A DNA stretch of 64,000 nt from Obrimoposthia wandeli (taxonomy: Eukaryota), in NCBI GenBank assembly GCA_977020255.1, contig CDROCS010001350.1, positions 1 through 64,000 on the forward strand. The letters are read 5' to 3'. The notes beneath the pieces are model-generated. The model had not been told where the DNA came from and did not search any database. It saw nothing but the letters and a program-made list of their open reading frames with translations. The translations under genes were made by a program, and so were the position numbers. Within the stretch, counting starts at the first letter, position 1; each line of letters opens with the position of its first letter. This document shows, one piece after another, positions 29,843 through 40,188 of this stretch.

Positions 29843-31075
29843 ATGTATTACCCCCTGAGTTTATTAATCGGCTTGCGTTATACTCGCTCGAAGCGCAACA
29901 ATCGATTTGTATCATTTATTACGTTATTTTCAACTGCTGGTATCACCATCGGTGTGTTAGCGTTGATTACTGTGTTATCGGTAATGAATGGTTTTGAGCA
30001 AGATTTAAAAGTTCGCATTCTTGGTGCGGTTCCACATGTCATCGTGACACCTAAATCAGACATGGACAATGTTGATGTTGATGACAGCTTAGCTGCATTG
30101 GCTGACGATCCTTTAGTTGCCGCCGTGACGCCTTTTTTACAAGCGGATGCCATGGTGCAAAGTAAAAGCCAGATCCAAGGCGCTCAGCTACAAGGCATCG
30201 ATCCAACCTCTTATCCGCAATGGGATGTTATTCGCCAGAATATGCTTATTGGTGATATCTCATTATTACAGCCAGGTAAATACAACATCATTATTGGCCG
30301 TAGTATGGCCAAATCATTAGATGTTGAACTCGGTGATAAAATAAGACTAATTTCGACCAAAGGCAGTGTCTTTACCCCGATGGGGCGTGTGCCTAGCCAA
30401 CGTAAATTTACCGTGGTTGGGATCTATTCTGTTGGTTCAGATGTCGAAGCCACCCAAGTATTAGTGAATATTACCGATGCTGGCCGATTGGTTCGTTTGT
30501 CTCCGTCGAGTCCGATGCAGCATCGTGTTTTTGTTCACGACCCATTTTCAGTGAATGAATTAGCAAGCCGAGATTACTTCAGTCACTTTGATTCGTTGGA
30601 TTGGCAAACTGCCCGTGGCGAATTATTCCAAGCGGTAAAAATGGAAAAGAACATGATCGGCTTATTGTTGTTCTTAATCATCACCGTCGCAGTGTTTAAT
30701 ATTTTGTCATCGTTAGTCATGTTAGTGACAGAGAAAGAAACAGACGTTGCTATCATGAAAACCTTGGGCATGAATAGACCGACTATTGTGCAAATATTTA
30801 TTATTCAAGGCGCTTGGACGGGTGTATTGGGTGCCATGGCTGGTGGCGTTGCGGGCATCGCATTAGCTGCCAATCTTAATGAGTTTATGTCGCTTATTGG
30901 TCTTAATTTATTAGCCCAAGCATCTGGCGGCGCACGTTTATTACCTGTTTTATTTGATTGGTCGCAGATCGCATCAATTATTTTCGGTGCGATTGCATTA
31001 AGTCTACTCGCAACACTTTACCCTGCATTTAGAGCGGCAAATATAAAACCTGCCGAGGCATTACGTTATGAATAA
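29843..31075 (+). CDS. lolC: Lipoprotein-releasing ABC transporter permease LolC
   Basis: [46 protein letters not shown]. Confidence 0.95.
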   Translation: MYYPLSLLIGLRYTRSKRNNRFVSFITLFSTAGITIGVLALITVLSVMNGFEQDLKVRILGAVPHVIVTPKSDMDNVDVDDSLAALADDPLVAAVTPFLQADAMVQSKSQIQGAQLQGIDPTSYPQWDVIRQNMLIGDISLLQPGKYNIIIGRSMAKSLDVELGDKIRLISTKGSVFTPMGRVPSQRKFTVVGIYSVGSDVEATQVLVNITDAGRLVRLSPSSPMQHRVFVHDPFSVNELASRDYFSHFDSLDWQTARGELFQAVKMEKNMIGLLLFLIITVAVFNILSSLVMLVTEKETDVAIMKTLGMNRPTIVQIFIIQGAWTGVLGAMAGGVAGIALAANLNEFMSLIGLNLLAQASGGARLLPVLFDWSQIASIIFGAIALSLLATLYPAFRAANIKPAEALRYE

Positions 31076-31787
31076 TTCTTTATTAGTTTGCAATAATCTC
31101 GAAAAAATTTACCAAGAAGGTAACCTCGATACACACGTATTAAAAAAAGTATCGTTGACGATTGAAAAAGGTGAACTGATTGCGATTGTCGGCCGCTCTG
31201 GTTCTGGCAAGAGTACTTTATTGCATTTAATGGGGGCATTGGATACGCCGACATCTGGTTCTGTATTCCTTAACGGTGTCGATATTCACAGCATGTCAGA
31301 GAAGCAACAAGCGTCAATGCGCAACCAAAATATGGGTTTCGTTTATCAATTCCATCACCTGCTTAATGAATTTACGGCATTAGAAAATGTCTGTATGCCG
31401 TTATTAATCGCGGGTATGAAAGTGACCTTAGCGAAGCAAAAAGCCTTGGCGATGTTAGAGCGAGTCGGCTTATCGCATCGTGTTGAACATAAACCAAGTG
31501 AGCTTTCTGGTGGTGAACGTCAACGTGTGGCTATTGCACGTGCGTTAATTAACGAACCGAATATTGTATTAGCAGACGAACCGACGGGTAATTTAGATCA
31601 AAGCAGTGCTGATACAATCTTCAATTTAATTAAAGAATTAAATGAAACGTGTGATACTGCTTTTATCATTGTGACTCATGACGAGCAGCTGGCGAAACGA
31701 CTAGGTCGTACTTTACATATGGCTGATGGAGTATTGACCCATGATAGCGAAGCAGTGCAGGTGAGTGCTGTGATGGAGGAAGTGTAA
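31068..31787 (+). CDS. lolD: Lipoprotein-releasing ABC transporter ATPase LolD
   Basis: [32 protein letters not shown]. Confidence 0.95.
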   Translation: MNNSLLVCNNLEKIYQEGNLDTHVLKKVSLTIEKGELIAIVGRSGSGKSTLLHLMGALDTPTSGSVFLNGVDIHSMSEKQQASMRNQNMGFVYQFHHLLNEFTALENVCMPLLIAGMKVTLAKQKALAMLERVGLSHRVEHKPSELSGGERQRVAIARALINEPNIVLADEPTGNLDQSSADTIFNLIKELNETCDTAFIIVTHDEQLAKRLGRTLHMADGVLTHDSEAVQVSAVMEEV

Positions 31788-33034
31788 TGTTTCGTCCGTT
31801 AGCAGCTTATATCGGATTGAGATATACCTCGTCTAAACGTCGTAATGGTTTTATTGCCTTTATCTCCGCGTCATCAACAGTTGGTATTGCACTGGGGGTG
31901 ATGGTTCTAATCATCGGTTTATCGGCAATGAACGGTTTTGAATATGAGCTTAAAAATCGTATCTTAGCGGTTGTGCCAAATGGTGAACTTGAAGGGGTGA
32001 GTGAACCCTTTGATAATTGGACAAATGCACAAAATACACTACTCGCGCATCCTGAAGTTGTCGGCGCTGCGCCTTTTATTAAGCTTAATGGTTTATTACA
32101 AAAAGGTAATGACTTGAAGGCTGTGCAACTGCGCGCTGTTGACAGTGAAGCGGAAAAACAAGTATCTGAAGTGTATCGTTATGTTGCCCAAGGTAGTTGG
32201 GATAGCCTTAATGATCCGATGAATAACAGACAGGTTGTGATTGGACGTGGAATCGCGAAAGAATTGAGTCTCGCGCTTGGTGATTCTGTCACGGTATTAT
32301 TATCACAGCAATCGGGTCAATCCTTTAAAGCGCCACGCCGTTATAATTTTACTGTTTCTGGTATTATTCATCTTAGCGGTCAATTAGACAACAATCTCGC
32401 TTATGTGCCGTTGAGCGCAGCGCAAGATATTCAAGAAAAAGCACTTAAAGCCGATGGCATGAGTATTAAGGTAACGGACATCTTTGCTGCAAATCGCATT
32501 GTCCGTGAAGCGGGAAATCAGTTAGATCACTACCTGTACATCCGCAGTTGGATGACCAGTCAGGGATTCTTATATCAAGATATTCAGATGGTTAAAAGTT
32601 TGATGTATGTAATTTTGATATTAGTGATAGCGGTCGCTTGTTTCAATATCGTCACTACTCTGGTGATGGCGGTGAATGATAAGCGAGCTGACATTGCGAT
32701 CTTGAAAACGATGGGTGCTTCAAATGCGTTATTACGAATGATCTTCATCGTGCATGGCGGTATCAACGGTATTTTAGGTGTTGTTTCGGGGACGATATTA
32801 GGTATTTTAATCTCAGAGAACCTAACGGTTATAATCAAGTTTGTTGAACGTTTGATTGGCCATGAATTCTTGTCTGGTGATATTTACTTTATTAACTTCT
32901 TACCGTCACAACTTGTATTAAACGATGTGCTGGTGGTTGGTGGCGTTGCGATGGCAATGAGTGTGATAGCGACAATTTATCCTGCGAATAAAGCCTGTTC
33001 AGTACAGCCTGCACGTGAATTAGGCAATAAATAG
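31787..33034 (+). CDS. lolE: Lipoprotein-releasing ABC transporter permease LolE
   Basis: SAMNGFEYELKNRIL, LYQDIQMVK, INFLPSQL, PARELG. Confidence 0.95.
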   Translation: MFRPLAAYIGLRYTSSKRRNGFIAFISASSTVGIALGVMVLIIGLSAMNGFEYELKNRILAVVPNGELEGVSEPFDNWTNAQNTLLAHPEVVGAAPFIKLNGLLQKGNDLKAVQLRAVDSEAEKQVSEVYRYVAQGSWDSLNDPMNNRQVVIGRGIAKELSLALGDSVTVLLSQQSGQSFKAPRRYNFTVSGIIHLSGQLDNNLAYVPLSAAQDIQEKALKADGMSIKVTDIFAANRIVREAGNQLDHYLYIRSWMTSQGFLYQDIQMVKSLMYVILILVIAVACFNIVTTLVMAVNDKRADIAILKTMGASNALLRMIFIVHGGINGILGVVSGTILGILISENLTVIIKFVERLIGHEFLSGDIYFINFLPSQLVLNDVLVVGGVAMAMSVIATIYPANKACSVQPARELGNK

Positions 33035-33065
33035 TACACTTCCTCGCAAAATTACTGCAGATATA

Positions 33066-33101
33066 AAAAAGGCCACATCACTGATTAATTGATGTGGCCT
33101 T
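33066..33101. terminator. Bidirectional terminator
   Basis: AAGGCCACATCA...TGATGTGGCCTT between convergent genes. Confidence 0.85.
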
Positions 33102-33115
33102 CTCATTTTTAAAAC

Positions 33116-33634
33116 TTATTTTGTGCGTGATGCTGAACGTTTCTTCCAAGCATTGATTATTTTCCAACGCCATAACCAGCGAATACTAAAATAACCTACA
33201 ATAGAAAAGAATGTAGCAGAGACAAAACAGCCGAGTAAGAATGCGGGGCCATATAAGGATATCGCCAGCATTAACCATTCCATCGTCAACTCAAAAGAGA
33301 ATGGATGGACGGGTACTTGCAATATCCATGCGCCGAGTTCGTATGTGGCATAAAACATAGGTGGCATGGTAATCGGGTTCGATAACCAAACTAATGCGAC
33401 AGACAAAGGTAAGTTAACTCGAAAGAGAATCGCAAAACCGGCAGCTAACAACATTTGGAAGGGCACGGGTACAAACGCCATAAAAAGACCAACAGCAAAC
33501 GCACCAGCTGCTGAGCGGCGATTTAAATGCCAGAGGTTAGCGTTGTGTAACAGGTCACCAAAGATCTTAAGGTGCTTGTGCTGTTTGATTGATTCAGGAT
33601 CAGGGAGATATTTTTTAATTAAATTCTTAGGCAT
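33116..33634 (-). CDS. DUF2062 domain-containing membrane protein
   Basis: LWHLNRRSAAGAFAVGLF, VWLSNPITMPP; conserved next to comEC. Confidence 0.88.
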   Translation of the reverse strand: MPKNLIKKYLPDPESIKQHKHLKIFGDLLHNANLWHLNRRSAAGAFAVGLFMAFVPVPFQMLLAAGFAILFRVNLPLSVALVWLSNPITMPPMFYATYELGAWILQVPVHPFSFELTMEWLMLAISLYGPAFLLGCFVSATFFSIVGYFSIRWLWRWKIINAWKKRSASRTK

Positions 33635-33662
33635 AATTCTAATCAAATGTCAGGGGTAATGA

Positions 33663-35255
33663 ATGACCTTAAAGGCCATACTACTTTCAATTACCATATT
33701 AATAAGTATGTTCTTTGTAGATATTGAACGCATTCAATTTATCACGATAATGACAGTCGCTGCATTCATCCTTGTCTACGCTAAAGTACCGTCTATATCA
33801 ATACTTTTGTTTGCCGCATTAAGCGGGTCTATTTTGTATAAAAACAACGTGATAAATGAAGCCAATACGTTATTCTACAATCCTAGGGCCCAATACAAAC
33901 AACCATCAATTAAAGTAGCACAAGACCATATCATAACAGCCGAAGTAATAACATTAGTAAATAACAAAAACCTACTTTCGTTTGATGTAAACGTGGTTAA
34001 AATCAATAATTCTTTACCATCTTTCATCCACCCCAAATTGGCATTGAAGTGGTTCAACCCTGACTATGATTATCCTGGGGAAGTCGGGATTGGTCAAGTA
34101 TGGCGTTTTAAAGTTCGATTAAGTAACACTCATAATTCGACGTTGCTATCACGCCATATCCGCTATGCAGGTATCATAACGAAAGGCGAGATAATAGAAT
34201 CTAAGTTTAGTTTACGTGGCAATTTTTACAAAGCATTCAAGTCAGTATTGCCAGATAACCCCAATCCGATGCTGTATGCATTAAGTTTTGGTGACCGAAG
34301 TTACATTAACGATAAACTATGGACACAATTTAAGTTGCTCGGCATTGGGCACCTTGTTGCTATCTCAGGTTTGCACATTGGTCTTATATTTGGATTCTGC
34401 TATTTGGCCTTAAATCGATTGTTGAGGTTGTTTCAAACACCTTATAATCTCGGTATTAGTTTGTCGATTAGTCTGATGGCTGCCATATTTTATGCATGGA
34501 TAGCGGGCTTTTCTTTACCTGCGTTACGGGCGATTATTTTACTTAGTCTTCATTGTTCATATCGTATCCAGTATTTCAAGGTTACCTTGGTGCAATTGTT
34601 TTCAACTATGTTGTTGGTGACTTTAGCCATCGACCCTTTAACTGTGTTTTCCATTAGCTTTTGGTTGTCATTTTCGGCCATGGCGGCAGTATTTATATTG
34701 GTGTGGATGAACAAGCAAGAGTCGCTGTCGGGGCACAATCATATGGCAGTTGTTAATGGGCAACACAAAATTGTAAGTGTGCTTTATCGGGTTAAAACAG
34801 CTGTGCAAGGTGCGATGAGTAAAGCCATTTACCTTTGCCAGAGTCAGGTATTACTGACATTACTGCTATTGCCAATTCAAGTTACCGTTTTTTCCGGATT
34901 TAGCTTACTGTCAGCATTGGTTAATTTGATTTTTATCCCCATTTTTAGTGTATTAATATTGCCGGTATTATTAATGGCTGTGCTGTTATTAGCCATCGCA
35001 CCAAGTGTGAGTGGTATATTGATTGCTGTTGTTAATTACTTTTTAAATATAATTCAAGGTCTATGGGCAACGTTAACCGCGAATGATGCTGTTTGGGTGG
35101 CGTTCGACCCTCTGTTTAGGAACGTATTGTTCAATAGTATATTGCTGCTGTTTATCCTATTAATTTGTGGTGTTATTGTTAAGCCAATGCGGGTAACATT
35201 TCATTCTTTATCGTTGTTATTATTACCCATCATATTTTATGGCTATTTAAATTGA
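33663..35255 (+). CDS. comEC: ComEC/Rec2 competence protein, lacking the C-terminal metallo-beta-lactamase domain
   Basis: GIGHLVAISGLHIG, PALRA, SFWLSF and NLIFIP motifs; ends after the TM region at 530 aa with no DVGQG-type motif. Confidence 0.85.
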   Translation: MTLKAILLSITILISMFFVDIERIQFITIMTVAAFILVYAKVPSISILLFAALSGSILYKNNVINEANTLFYNPRAQYKQPSIKVAQDHIITAEVITLVNNKNLLSFDVNVVKINNSLPSFIHPKLALKWFNPDYDYPGEVGIGQVWRFKVRLSNTHNSTLLSRHIRYAGIITKGEIIESKFSLRGNFYKAFKSVLPDNPNPMLYALSFGDRSYINDKLWTQFKLLGIGHLVAISGLHIGLIFGFCYLALNRLLRLFQTPYNLGISLSISLMAAIFYAWIAGFSLPALRAIILLSLHCSYRIQYFKVTLVQLFSTMLLVTLAIDPLTVFSISFWLSFSAMAAVFILVWMNKQESLSGHNHMAVVNGQHKIVSVLYRVKTAVQGAMSKAIYLCQSQVLLTLLLLPIQVTVFSGFSLLSALVNLIFIPIFSVLILPVLLMAVLLLAIAPSVSGILIAVVNYFLNIIQGLWATLTANDAVWVAFDPLFRNVLFNSILLLFILLICGVIVKPMRVTFHSLSLLLLPIIFYGYLN

Positions 35256-35268
35256 ATTTGGAGTGTTT

Positions 35269-35610
35269 ATGAATCTGACAGTTAAAGCGGGGCTGCTATC
35301 CGCTTTGTTATTTCCGGGGGCTGGTCAATGGTTGTTAAAGCAACATTTAAGGGCTGCGATATTTGCGGTTGCTGCTGGGGTTCCATTATATTACATAATG
35401 GATGTGACGGTGACACAAACACAATTAATGGTAGATAAGGTATTGAACTCAGGCAGTAATATCGACATCGCCAATATTACTGCATTGGTTAACCAGCAGA
35501 TGGTGAATATCGATACGCAAGGCGTACAAATTGCCACTGTTGTATTACTTTGTGTGTGGGTGATTAATATTGTCGATGCGATTAGGCTTGCAAAAAAACA
35601 AGCCATTTAA
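35269..35610 (+). CDS. Hypothetical membrane protein
   Basis: LLSALLFPGAGQW N-terminal motif; two hydrophobic segments; GGAG RBS. Confidence 0.75.
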   Translation: MNLTVKAGLLSALLFPGAGQWLLKQHLRAAIFAVAAGVPLYYIMDVTVTQTQLMVDKVLNSGSNIDIANITALVNQQMVNIDTQGVQIATVVLLCVWVINIVDAIRLAKKQAI

Positions 35611-35682
35611 TCAAACGTTACTCTTATTCTTACTTTTAACTTTGTTTATAAATCGAGTTCATCAATTCAGTACAGATATTGC

Positions 35683-36594
35683 CTACTCATCAGCATAGAT
35701 AACAGACAGTGCTTGATCTAATGAATCAGAATGAAATGTAAAGCCAGCTTCAAGTAACCGACTTGGTAGTACGCGTTGACCATAGATAATGAGATCTGCG
35801 CGTTCACCAAGTAACATCCGTAACAGTAACGTTGGGGTGGTAAATCGCGCTTTTTTACCAAAGCAGCCCGCTAACTGGTTTGAAAATTCACGATTGGTGA
35901 CGGGATTTGGTGCGGTCAGGTTAAATGCACCGTGTAGCGTGTCATTCTGTAATAAGTAATTTATGGCTGCGACCATATCGGCAATATGTATCCATGACAT
36001 ATACTGCTGGCCTTTGCCAATGGGGCCGCCAAGTCCTAATTTGAACGGCAATTCCATTTTCTGTAACGCGCCCTTGCTTTTGTCTAACACAATCCCGGTT
36101 CTTAAAATGACGGTACGTGTTAACGGGCAAGCTGCTCGCGCAATCTCTTCCCAATGTTCACATAAATGACTTGAGTATTCAGGGTGATGCTCTGTGTGTT
36201 TTTCATCAATTCTGGAGTCACCTTGACGACCATAAACTCCGATGGCTGAACCACTGATAAACACGGCTGGTGATAACGTTTTGGCTGATATTAAATCAAC
36301 CAACTGCTGGGTTAGCTCCCAACGACTAGCCTCTAAAATATGCTTGTGTTTAGCTGACCACATCTTATCCATAATGGGCGAACCCGCTAAATTGATAACC
36401 GCATCAATGTGGATAGAATTTGATAATTCAGACAGGTCAGAAATGAACTTAATTTGATTATTGTTAATATTTGAAAATATGCGTTGTGCATTTGTGATGT
36501 CGCGGGTTAATACCGTGAAATCATAATCGCCTTGAAATGTGTTTATAAATGCTTGGCCAATAAAGCCAGTACCACCTGTAATCAATATATGCAT
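35683..36594 (-). CDS. TIGR01777-family NAD(P)-dependent epimerase/oxidoreductase
   Basis: ILITGGTGFIG, INLAG, SGSAIGVYG, GLGGPIGKGQQYMSWIH. Confidence 0.92.
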   Translation of the reverse strand: MHILITGGTGFIGQAFINTFQGDYDFTVLTRDITNAQRIFSNINNNQIKFISDLSELSNSIHIDAVINLAGSPIMDKMWSAKHKHILEASRWELTQQLVDLISAKTLSPAVFISGSAIGVYGRQGDSRIDEKHTEHHPEYSSHLCEHWEEIARAACPLTRTVILRTGIVLDKSKGALQKMELPFKLGLGGPIGKGQQYMSWIHIADMVAAINYLLQNDTLHGAFNLTAPNPVTNREFSNQLAGCFGKKARFTTPTLLLRMLLGERADLIIYGQRVLPSRLLEAGFTFHSDSLDQALSVIYADE

Positions 36595-36681
36595 AGCTAA
36601 AATCCCCTTAATCACCTTGTCTATAGTGTAGGCTATTTATGCTTGTTTTATAACATTTTGTTGACATCTTTTCGTTAATAT

Positions 36682-36717
36682 AAAAGAGCAAGCTAGTGTC
36701 GATTACTGGCTTGCTCT
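36682..36717 (-). terminator. Terminator of the GT2-ArnT-like operon
   Basis: AGAGCAAGC...GCTTGCTCT with a minus-strand T-run. Confidence 0.7.
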
Positions 36718-36788
36718 GCGTCGCACTTAAATACAAATCTTCAGTAATTATTAACGACGGTTATTTAACGGGTATTATTTAAGTCAGG

Positions 36789-38282
36789 CTATTTAGCATT
36801 ACAGAATGCCAGTAGCCGTTTCTTTGCACGCTCAACAACGACACATTGAGGTAAACTCGTGATCAGCAGTTCCGTCTCATTAGATTTTCGAATAACAAAA
36901 TAGGTGTCTTTAGTGATATCTTGTACAGCGATTTCGAGTTTTACTTTACGTTCGACGGCGACGCCGCGTGAATAAAACTGTGCAGAGAACGGGCGCTTAT
37001 CTATATAGACCAACTCTTTATTCTGTGCTTGCGCTGACCATGTTTGCATTAAGCCTTTCTCTGATTGTTTACCTGTTATTTCTGTTCGTAATAAAATAGC
37101 AATAATTAGGATAAGTATCGGTGCAATAAAGCCTATTTTATAAACCTTGCTTGATAGTGGATTGTTACGTTGATAAACCACCATCAATAGCGCAAATGCC
37201 GGTAGGCAAGGCATCACATAGCTAGATAATATATTACCGCTGAATGTGAACAGTAATAAAGGCGCTAATAACCAAGCCCATAAGAAGCTGGTGTAGTTTA
37301 ATTCTATCGAGTCTTCGTCTTGTTGTGTTTTCGTTTCACCCTTTGTTTTTTGTGTCGCTTGTATGCTTTTAACCCATTGATAAATAAATAACGGTGTCCA
37401 TGGCAGTGCTGAAACTATCGCAAATAGCCAAATTGTTCCTTTCATTTCCTTGTGTGCAGTACCGTATAAATCACCTTGCCAACCACTTACCAAGAAACGC
37501 TTAATATGCTCGCCAACAATAAAGTAATTAAGGAAACCCGGTGAAGAGTACTCGGCGATAATGTACCAAGGTAAGCTTGTTGCAAGGAAAAGCGGTATAC
37601 CGGTTTTCCACGGTAAGCTACGGAACATGCTCATCCAGGTTTTGTTAAACAACGCCCAAATAAACAAACTCATGCCAATAAGCACTAAGGCTAAAGGCCC
37701 TTTCGCTAACATACCGATTGTTAAGCCGAGGAAAAATAAATGTCCCCATAAAGCAGACTTGTTTTTATAGTTTAGCCAAAATGCCGCCATGCTTAAGGTA
37801 ATGCCAAGTGTCAGCGCTGTGTCTGTCATGACCGCGCCGGTAACAACGATAAATGTTGCTGTTGTAGCGAGAATACCAGCTGCTAACCATGCTTCTTGTT
37901 TACGTTCTGAACGACTGCGTGTTGGGATGATGCTATATGCAAGTAGGGCAACGATGAATAACACTAAACCACCAGCGAGTAAGTGTGGCAATCTAACGGC
38001 GAACTCATTTAAACCAAAAAGTGTAATACCCGTGGCGCTCATCCAGGTGAACAGTGGTGGTTTGCCCCAAAATGGTACGTCGTAATCAAACATCGGTGTG
38101 ATCCAGTTACCTGTTTCAGCCATGATCCTTGCCATTTCACCATAACGTGCTTCGGTTGTGTCCATAAGTGGAAAAAAACCCAGGGTAAATAATCTTATTG
38201 CTATCGCTGTAATAACAAGGGTTATCGCAATTTTGGTTAAAGAGACATTGTTTAATGAGATATCGGTTACTGCTTTAGACAT
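36789..38282 (-). CDS. ArnT/PMT-like GT-C glycosyltransferase (undecaprenyl-P-sugar donor)
   Basis: DTTEARYGEMAR, PFWGKPPL, LAKGP, YVMPCLP; about 12 TMs. Confidence 0.88.
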   Translation of the reverse strand: MSKAVTDISLNNVSLTKIAITLVITAIAIRLFTLGFFPLMDTTEARYGEMARIMAETGNWITPMFDYDVPFWGKPPLFTWMSATGITLFGLNEFAVRLPHLLAGGLVLFIVALLAYSIIPTRSRSERKQEAWLAAGILATTATFIVVTGAVMTDTALTLGITLSMAAFWLNYKNKSALWGHLFFLGLTIGMLAKGPLALVLIGMSLFIWALFNKTWMSMFRSLPWKTGIPLFLATSLPWYIIAEYSSPGFLNYFIVGEHIKRFLVSGWQGDLYGTAHKEMKGTIWLFAIVSALPWTPLFIYQWVKSIQATQKTKGETKTQQDEDSIELNYTSFLWAWLLAPLLLFTFSGNILSSYVMPCLPAFALLMVVYQRNNPLSSKVYKIGFIAPILILIIAILLRTEITGKQSEKGLMQTWSAQAQNKELVYIDKRPFSAQFYSRGVAVERKVKLEIAVQDITKDTYFVIRKSNETELLITSLPQCVVVERAKKRLLAFCNAK

Positions 38283-38289
38283 GTTACTA

Positions 38290-39360
38290 CTAGCCTTGTT
38301 TAAAATGAGCGTTGTGGGCTTGATGCGTATTTACGTTACTTTTTTTATGCTGGGTTAGGTTGAAGCCTTTATTTGGCTCTGCTGTTTGTTCATTCATGAC
38401 AATAAAGTTGGGACGTTGCTTAGATTCAATAAATAAACGACCGACATACTCACCCATGAGTCCTATTGACAACAATTGAATGCCACCCAATAATAATACA
38501 ACCGTCATTAATGAAGGGTAACCAGCAACCGGATCGCCCCAAAATAAAGTTTTGCTCACCAGTACGATAGCCATCATTACCGAAATAACGGATGTCAGCA
38601 TCCCCGCTGCAGTAGCGATGCGCAATGGTCTGATACTGAAAGAAGTAATACCTTCAAATGCGAGGTGGATGAGTTTGGTATAATTCCATTTAGTGGTGCC
38701 AGCTTGACGTGCGTCTCGATCAAATTGCAGTGTGCAAGTATTGAAACCAGGCCAAGAGAGTAAACCTTTCATAAAACGGTTACGTTCTGGTAATTCATTA
38801 ATAACGTCGACAACTTTACGATCTAATAATCTAAAGTCGCCCACATTACGCGGCATTTCAATATCAGCTAATCGATTGATCAATTTATAAAAAAGATACG
38901 CGGTGGATCGTTTTAACCAGTTTTCGCCGTGGCGTTCTTTACGCTGCATGTTAACGACATCATAGCCATTTTCCCATTCACTGATCATTTCAGGTATTAA
39001 CTCGGGTGGATCTTGTAAGTCGGCATCCAATAGTATCACCGCACGGCCGACTGTATTTGCCATGCCAGCTGTCATTGCGGCTTCTTTTCCGAAGTTACGG
39101 CTCAGCTTAATGCAGCGCACGGTATGATTGTTCGCGGTAAAGGCGATGACTTGTGACCATGAATCATCATTACTACCGTCATCGACATAAATGATCTCAC
39201 ACGGTTGCTGCAACGTATTTAGAACCGCGACAACACGTTGGTGACAGTCTGTTAGTACTTCATCTTCATTATAAAATGGGATCACGATAGACAATAAAGG
39301 CGGTATTGTGCTGCTATTCGCCTCTCTGTGTTCTGTAATGGATGTGATACTGGCTGGCAT
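38290..39360 (-). CDS. GtrB/ArnC-like polyprenol-phosphate glycosyltransferase (GT2)
   Basis: IPFYNE, VDDGSND, LSRNFGKEAA, DADLQDPP, GDFRLLDR, ERNRFMKG, two C-terminal TMs. Confidence 0.92.
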   Translation of the reverse strand: MPASITSITEHREANSSTIPPLLSIVIPFYNEDEVLTDCHQRVVAVLNTLQQPCEIIYVDDGSNDDSWSQVIAFTANNHTVRCIKLSRNFGKEAAMTAGMANTVGRAVILLDADLQDPPELIPEMISEWENGYDVVNMQRKERHGENWLKRSTAYLFYKLINRLADIEMPRNVGDFRLLDRKVVDVINELPERNRFMKGLLSWPGFNTCTLQFDRDARQAGTTKWNYTKLIHLAFEGITSFSIRPLRIATAAGMLTSVISVMMAIVLVSKTLFWGDPVAGYPSLMTVVLLLGGIQLLSIGLMGEYVGRLFIESKQRPNFIVMNEQTAEPNKGFNLTQHKKSNVNTHQAHNAHFKQG

Positions 39361-39423
39361 AATAAATTCCGATTTGGATAACAATGCATACAGTCTAGAT
39401 TACGTTGTGTGGAATTAATGTTT

Positions 39424-39439
39424 TCGACATGTTTTTGAC
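39424..39439 (+). promoter_or_regulatory. ColR-box-like site within tandem (T)TTYGACAT repeats
   Basis: TCGACATGTTTTTGAC matches YYNASNNYTTTTTSAC (ColR consensus, from memory) at 15/16; related repeats span 39422-39460. Confidence 0.55.
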
Positions 39440-39507
39440 ATTTTTACATTATTTCGACATCAAATTTGTCATAATGAAGACGTATTTAATTATTGGATTG
39501 AAAGGTT

Positions 39508-40182
39508 ATGAAAATATTATTAGTGGAAGATCATCAAGATATCGCCGGTATTATCTTTGATTTTTTTGAAATTAAAGGTTACACCTTAGATTATGCGCAA
39601 GATGGTGTGCATGGATATGAACTCGCTAGTAATAATTATTATGATTTAATTATTCTAGACATTCAGATGCCACGTATGGATGGCTTGACTGTTTGTCAAA
39701 AATTAAGAGAACAGGGCAACGATACACCGATTTTAATGCTCACAGCGCGTGATACACGTGAGGATACACTTACTGGATTCGATTGTGGTGCCGACGATTA
39801 TCTTATCAAACCATTTGATCTCGATATTCTCGCTGCCCGTGTTCAAGCGCTACACCGTCGTCGAAGTGGGAAAAATGCGGCCAAAATTTTAACCTTTAAT
39901 GATCTTTCATTAGACTTGAAAACGCATGTTGCTTCTCGTAATGGCTGTAATTTTGAATTAAATCCAACGCAGTTCACTATTTTGAAACTATTGATGATGC
40001 GCAGTCCTGAAATAGTGACTAAGAATGAAATTATCAATGCGATTTGGGGCGAGGATGAACCCGAAGGTGACATTTTACGCAGTCATATCTACCAGTTACG
40101 TAACCAAGTCGATAAGCCTTTTCAATCTCATTACATTAAAACCTTATCGAAGATCGGCTATCAACTTGTTTCTGTTAAATAG
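39508..40182 (+). CDS. OmpR-family response regulator, ColR-like
   Basis: ILLVED, LDIQMP, GADDYLIKPF; LRSHIYQLRNQVDKPF resembles the ColR C-terminus. Confidence 0.92.
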   Translation: MKILLVEDHQDIAGIIFDFFEIKGYTLDYAQDGVHGYELASNNYYDLIILDIQMPRMDGLTVCQKLREQGNDTPILMLTARDTREDTLTGFDCGADDYLIKPFDLDILAARVQALHRRRSGKNAAKILTFNDLSLDLKTHVASRNGCNFELNPTQFTILKLLMMRSPEIVTKNEIINAIWGEDEPEGDILRSHIYQLRNQVDKPFQSHYIKTLSKIGYQLVSVK

Positions 40183-40188
40183 TGGGGC

